Shown: positions 59,565 to 64,000 of the stretch, piece after piece
Numbering within the stretch: the stretch's first letter is position 1
Layout: every line of letters begins with the position of its first letter
Assembly (NCBI GenBank): GCA_038824035.1
Contig: JAWBBW010000001.1
Coordinates: forward strand, 32,001 to 96,000
Origin: Desulfurococcaceae archaeon
GTDB taxonomy: Archaea > Thermoproteota > Thermoprotei_A > Sulfolobales > Desulfurococcaceae
DNA: 64,000 nucleotides
Direction: 5' to 3'
Translations under genes and position numbers: made by a program
The notes under the pieces: generated by a model
Seen by the model: only the letters and a program-made list of their open reading frames with translations
What the model was told of the DNA's origin: nothing
The model's database searches: none

Positions 59565-60107
59565 ATGCAATATATACAGAGGATCAAGAGGGGTGAAATA
59601 TTGCGAAATGAATACGAGAGACTAATGGAAATGTTGATCGAGAATCCACGTGTAAGCTTCAAAAAATTGGCAGAAGAAAGTGGCTTGAGCTATGCCTTGA
59701 TCAGAAAAAGGCTGAAAAGCCTAGTGAACAAGGGGCTATTGATGTTTAAACTATGTACTACACCAGCGTTCGCGGGAAGAGAGGTCGCGGTTATAAGGAT
59801 TAAGAGTAATGAAGTTGGGAAAATAATAGAACTAGCGGGTTCCTGTAACAGAGTTCTAACCAGCGCTAGGATAAATGAACATGAGGGCGTGTTATTAATG
59901 AGTGGTACCTCGAAGACATATATCGCGCTCAGAATAGACTCCCTGAAATCCTGTATCACAAGCCCAGTAGAGATCTCAATAGAATATGGTGTGTTACCAG
60001 AAAACCAGGTCATCGTGATAAAGAGACATAACCATGGATGCCACTTGAACTTGAGATGTGATGACTGTACGGCTAAATTCGCATCGAAGATCCTGGGTAA
60101 GCTATGA
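59565..60107 (+). CDS. Lrp/AsnC family transcriptional regulator
   Basis: ENPRVSFKKLAEESGLSYALIRKRLKSL HTH, Cys-rich tail. The true start may be the TTG at 59601. Confidence 0.75.
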   Translation: MQYIQRIKRGEILRNEYERLMEMLIENPRVSFKKLAEESGLSYALIRKRLKSLVNKGLLMFKLCTTPAFAGREVAVIRIKSNEVGKIIELAGSCNRVLTSARINEHEGVLLMSGTSKTYIALRIDSLKSCITSPVEISIEYGVLPENQVIVIKRHNHGCHLNLRCDDCTAKFASKILGKL

Positions 60108-60123
60108 AAAACAATGAATGAAG

Positions 60124-60378
60124 CTAACAATTATCTATGAACATGTCTTTCAATAATTTCTCAATGACCTCGTAACGGGGGTCTCTTCTAGCTCTATAGA
60201 TCCTCCTTCTATAATAGGGCTTGTTCTCCAAGATCGCATGGCTCAGTAGATTAAAGATCTTCCATCCCTCGCTGTTCAACACGTTGTTCGAGAAATAGAT
60301 GTCTATGTTTGATAACAACTCAGCTATGAGTTTACATAAAAAATCGTTACCATTTGTACGGCCATTGTCCAGGTTCAT
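60124..60378 (-). CDS. hypothetical protein
   Basis: 84-aa ORF with an ATGA overlap on the adk stop. Confidence 0.65.
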   Translation of the reverse strand: MNLDNGRTNGNDFLCKLIAELLSNIDIYFSNNVLNSEGWKIFNLLSHAILENKPYYRRRIYRARRDPRYEVIEKLLKDMFIDNC

Positions 60379-61040
60379 TGTTTACACGGCATTATCTTCA
60401 GAATACCTTTTCTAATCAACATTTCCTCGAGCAATGACAATGCCTCGTTTAATGGCCTTTCCCCGTTGATCTCCATTAGTTTCCGGTTATTTAGATAGTA
60501 TTCTATGACCGGGTTGAATGTTTCGTAGAATACCCTATATCTTTGTCTTACCACGTCTGGTTCATCATCTTTTCTCCTAGATAATTCGGCGCCATCGTAA
60601 TCACACTTCATATCGATCTTGGGCTTTGGCTCAAAGTATATGTTGTAGACCCTTCCACATACAGGGCATATAACCCTCCCACTCAATCTCTTAACAGCCG
60701 TTTCCTCGGAGACGGCTATGTGTATTGCGACATCTATATTCACTATCTCGTCTAGCGCCTTCGCCTGGGCTATTGTACGCGGAAACCCATCCAGTATAAA
60801 CCCCCTTGCCACATCTGGTTGCCCGAGTCTTTTTTTGACAACCTCTATGACGATTTCATCGGGCACTAACAGGCCTTTTTCCAGGTATGGTTTAACTCGT
60901 AGACCGAGATCAGTGCCTTTCGATATCTCTTCGCGGAAAATATCCCCCGTGCTTATATGTGGTATACAGTATTTCTCTCTGAAATATTGCGCATACACTC
61001 CTTTACCAGCTCCTGGTGGACCTATCAACACAGCCTTCAT
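60375..61040 (-). CDS. adk: adenylate kinase (bacterial type, zinc lid)
   Basis: GPPGAGKG, HISTGDIFR, GLLVPD, LDGFPRT, CPVC...CDYD, RKDD. Confidence 0.93.
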   Translation of the reverse strand: MKAVLIGPPGAGKGVYAQYFREKYCIPHISTGDIFREEISKGTDLGLRVKPYLEKGLLVPDEIVIEVVKKRLGQPDVARGFILDGFPRTIAQAKALDEIVNIDVAIHIAVSEETAVKRLSGRVICPVCGRVYNIYFEPKPKIDMKCDYDGAELSRRKDDEPDVVRQRYRVFYETFNPVIEYYLNNRKLMEINGERPLNEALSLLEEMLIRKGILKIMPCKQ

Positions 61041-61085
61041 TTCAATACCCCTGTTATTTTTATTCTGAGTAGATGATGGTTTAAA

Positions 61086-62255
61086 TCACTTCTGTGTTGA
61101 GAACCTTGGGTCCTTTATGCCAAGCCAGGACAATAGGTTTGAAAACGCGCGGTATTTCGATATGGCCTTGCTACCCCGGGGACCAGGCCTTTTCATGTAG
61201 AACGCGTTTATCTCGTAGACAGTTCCATATGCTTCTCTCTCAATGGCTATTTTACCTAGCCTGACAAGGTCAACCAATAAACCAGCTAGTGCAGGGCTAT
61301 CATTGATCCTCATGACTAAGTAGATCTCGTCTACGAATTCACCGAAACTCATGTATTCGATGATCATTGCAACGAACTTCTTATCGCCAAGGGGCTCTAA
61401 GTAACCGGTTGGCCTAATGTAATTCGGCGCCTCATAGCCCAATATATCTTCCACCATGGCGCTCTTTGTCTTCTTCTTCATGATGTTTCTCTCGGGTAAG
61501 TTTAATGATAGGAAATCTGTGTTTCCACCTATATTGAACTGGGCTATATCCAACACCCTTCTATTTCTCTCATACATATGCTCCAGTAGATCGGCCGTTA
61601 TAGGAGTTGCACCTGTCGCACCGTCATCTCCAAATATGACGGATTTACTCTCCCTGTATAATTCCACAAAACCAGGGTCATTTGCCAGTGGTGATGGTAT
61701 GGCGTTTACAAATGCCACTGAGCCATACTTAGATGCATACAAAGCCCCCATGTATGCGTATGTCTGAGATGCTGTTAGGCCGTTTTTCTCAAATCTCCTA
61801 TGTATTTCCCCAGGATCGCCGATCGCCTCTACCGGCTCGGTTGTCATGATATTCACGATCACGTTAACTCCCAGTTCTCTCCACTCGTCTATGATCTCCT
61901 CAACAGCTTGTTTAAACCCCTTTTCCTCCTCTCTGCCATGGGCTTTAAAAGGCAAGCCCTTCAAGCTATCCAGGTGAATGCCACGCCTGACAATGATGTC
62001 TTTTAGAGAACCGGGGATCTCGTGAGAACTCTTGTAGTACTTCTTAGCTAGTTCGTACACCGTCTTACCGACCTTTGCTTCATCTACATCATAAGACGCC
62101 ACGATCTCTATATCGTTGTATCTGTATGGCAACCAGTCTCTTAATGGAACTCCGTATTCCGGTATCTCGTTGTTTTTCAATTTTTCAAGGCCCACTTCGA
62201 AGTGTAGTGCAACAAGTCCTTGCCCGATTATTGCTACCCGGATCAATTGTATCAC
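61086..62255 (-). CDS. ino1: myo-inositol-1-phosphate synthase
   Basis: GQGLVA, GDDGATGAT, QFNIGGNTDF, GDKK, NDSPALAG, FYMKRP. Confidence 0.92.
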   Translation of the reverse strand: MIQLIRVAIIGQGLVALHFEVGLEKLKNNEIPEYGVPLRDWLPYRYNDIEIVASYDVDEAKVGKTVYELAKKYYKSSHEIPGSLKDIIVRRGIHLDSLKGLPFKAHGREEEKGFKQAVEEIIDEWRELGVNVIVNIMTTEPVEAIGDPGEIHRRFEKNGLTASQTYAYMGALYASKYGSVAFVNAIPSPLANDPGFVELYRESKSVIFGDDGATGATPITADLLEHMYERNRRVLDIAQFNIGGNTDFLSLNLPERNIMKKKTKSAMVEDILGYEAPNYIRPTGYLEPLGDKKFVAMIIEYMSFGEFVDEIYLVMRINDSPALAGLLVDLVRLGKIAIEREAYGTVYEINAFYMKRPGPRGSKAISKYRAFSNLLSWLGIKDPRFSTQK

Positions 62256-62256
62256 C

Positions 62257-62586
62257 TCAGAGTTTCAGTTTCGAGAGGACCTCTTCTATGAATATAATAC
62301 CTCTCTTGAAAGCATCCAGACCTCTCTCTGTCACTGTGTAATAAGCGCCTTCCTCATCACTCTTCCTAGTTAATAACCCATCTCTACTCATTCTATAGAC
62401 AACCGTGTAGAGCGTTATTGCGGGTGGGTTTATGTCAAATCTCTCTCGTAGTTTTACTAATATATCATATGTCCTCAGAGGCCTGTTCTCATCACTCAGC
62501 ACCTTGATCACGTATAGCCATAAGTTCTCCACGGTCAGCTTTCTCCTAAGCCTGGTCAAAGCCCTTGGCTCACTCAAGAACGCCAC
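62257..62586 (-). CDS. PadR family transcriptional regulator
   Basis: ENLWLYVIKVL...TLYTVVYRM...YYTVTERG. Confidence 0.85.
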   Translation of the reverse strand: MAFLSEPRALTRLRRKLTVENLWLYVIKVLSDENRPLRTYDILVKLRERFDINPPAITLYTVVYRMSRDGLLTRKSDEEGAYYTVTERGLDAFKRGIIFIEEVLSKLKL

Positions 62587-62668
62587 CTTATACTTATATT
62601 TATGATCATAAATATAAATGTTTACCGTGAATGTCCCAGGCGAAGATGTGAACTGGGTTTACAAGGGT

Positions 62669-63937
62669 TTATGGGACAATTCTAGTCCGGTCTCTGACAA
62701 ATAACACTGCCTCCCTTATGTTCTCCAGGCCCAGGATCTTCATCAACAATCTCTCAATACCCAGTCCGAACCCGCCATGTGGTGGTATACCGTATTTGAA
62801 TGCCTCTAGGTAGAACTCGAAATCAGCTGGGTCTAGGCCTTTATCCCTTATAGCCTCTATTAGTTTTTCATACCTATGTTCTCTCTGCCCACCACTCGCT
62901 ATTTCCAACCCTTTAAAATCAAGATCGAATTTCCTAGTATACACGCCGTCCTCCTCTCTCATGTAGTAAAACGCTGTTGAACTCCATGGAAAACCCACTA
63001 TGAAATATAGGACATGTCCCTTGCTCTCCATGATCTCCCCTAGTTTCCTCTCAGCTTGATCGCTGAGATCCTCGTTCTCGGGGACATCGATGCCCTCGTT
63101 CCTGAGTATATCTATTGCCTCCGTGAACTTGATTCTCTTGACAGGTGTAGTGATCTTAGGGGGCTCTACACCGAGTAATTCTAATTCCTCTTTGTAATTC
63201 CTAGCCACGTGGTCGATTATATATGCGATCAGGTTTTCCAAGGTATTCATGACATCCTCCACGCCATCTATAAACCCTTGTTCAACATCTATTCCCCATG
63301 ATTCATTCAAATGCCTGGGTGTATTGAATTTCTCGGCCCTGAAATAAGGGGTGATCTCATATACTTTCGTGAAACCATTGATCAACATTTGTTTATACAA
63401 TTGAGGGCTTTGGCTTAGAAAAGCATTTCTCTCGAAATACTCGACCTTGAACAGAGTTGCACCGCCCTCTGCCCCGGCAGCGACAATTTTCGGTGTCTGG
63501 ATCTCTGTGAACCCGTTTCTCTCAAGATATTCACGAGCGGCTTTGATAACTCCTGCCCTGATCCTGAATATAGCCTTTTCAACGGGGTTTCTCAATAACA
63601 ACCACCTATACTTGATCCGCGTATCCAGCAATGTGGGAACTTTTCCAACAGTGTCCACGGGCAATGGCTCCCTCGGAGTAGAGTATATCATTATCCTGGA
63701 TACCTGGTATTCAACCCCTCTCTTGCTTCTCTGTGTTTCTGAGACTTGTCCTTCAAAACACAAGGCTGTACCAATATCGATGTTTTTCGCCAAATTATAC
63801 AGCTCAGGGTCTCTGTCTTGTTTTAAAACCAATACATTTATTTTGACAGTGTCATCGGCTGTTTCCAAGATAAGTACCTTGCCCACGGCGACTTTCCTGA
63901 TTACCCAGCCACATTTTCTCTCCAAGTAGTTCACCAT
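62669..63937 (-). CDS. aspS: aspartate--tRNA ligase (archaeal type)
   Basis: EGGATLF, LSQSPQLYKQ, FRAE, RHLNE, EIASGGQR, PPHGGFGLGIER. Alternative TTG start at 63925. Confidence 0.92.
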   Translation of the reverse strand: MVNYLERKCGWVIRKVAVGKVLILETADDTVKINVLVLKQDRDPELYNLAKNIDIGTALCFEGQVSETQRSKRGVEYQVSRIMIYSTPREPLPVDTVGKVPTLLDTRIKYRWLLLRNPVEKAIFRIRAGVIKAAREYLERNGFTEIQTPKIVAAGAEGGATLFKVEYFERNAFLSQSPQLYKQMLINGFTKVYEITPYFRAEKFNTPRHLNESWGIDVEQGFIDGVEDVMNTLENLIAYIIDHVARNYKEELELLGVEPPKITTPVKRIKFTEAIDILRNEGIDVPENEDLSDQAERKLGEIMESKGHVLYFIVGFPWSSTAFYYMREEDGVYTRKFDLDFKGLEIASGGQREHRYEKLIEAIRDKGLDPADFEFYLEAFKYGIPPHGGFGLGIERLLMKILGLENIREAVLFVRDRTRIVP

Positions 63938-64000
63938 GAATATTTGATGATATTGTTAATATTACAATACTGGCCTCTCAGTTTAAATTTTATAAGAAGC

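Noticed and set aside
7903-63937. Five aaRS genes in 64 kb as a functional cluster
   Set aside because: They lie in separate transcription units, which is plausible for a core region of a small genome.

Overview
This is a gene-dense chromosomal segment of a thermophilic crenarchaeon, probably Desulfurococcales-like. That placement is inferred from the class I LysRS, S25e, a ThermoDBP-like protein, a BHB tRNA intron and GGTGA ribosome-binding sites. Most of it is housekeeping: five aminoacyl-tRNA synthetases (Leu, Lys, Ile, Pro, Asp), a mre11-nurA-herA-rad50 operon plus a second nurA-herA pair, XerA, endonuclease IV, a solo Cas4, PEP synthase, biotin carboxylase, a tungsten AOR, inositol-lipid genes, an ABC exporter and an intact GH29 fucosidase. 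RNA genes read from the sequence are tRNA-Pro(TGG), intron-containing tRNA-Ile(GAT), tRNA-Gly(CCC) and about five candidate box C/D sRNAs. No CRISPR array, IS element or prophage was seen. The best leads are: ProRS and LeuRS copies with substituted active-site motifs, the ProRS being coupled to a degenerate M28 peptidase; a C/D guide with an atypical box layout predicted to target 16S C1402; the second NurA-HerA module facing a DHH-deacetylase-CYTH-Cas4 operon; and a tRNA-Gly fragment 3.5 kb downstream of tRNA-Gly. All product calls and consensus comparisons come from motif recognition and memory, not database searches.
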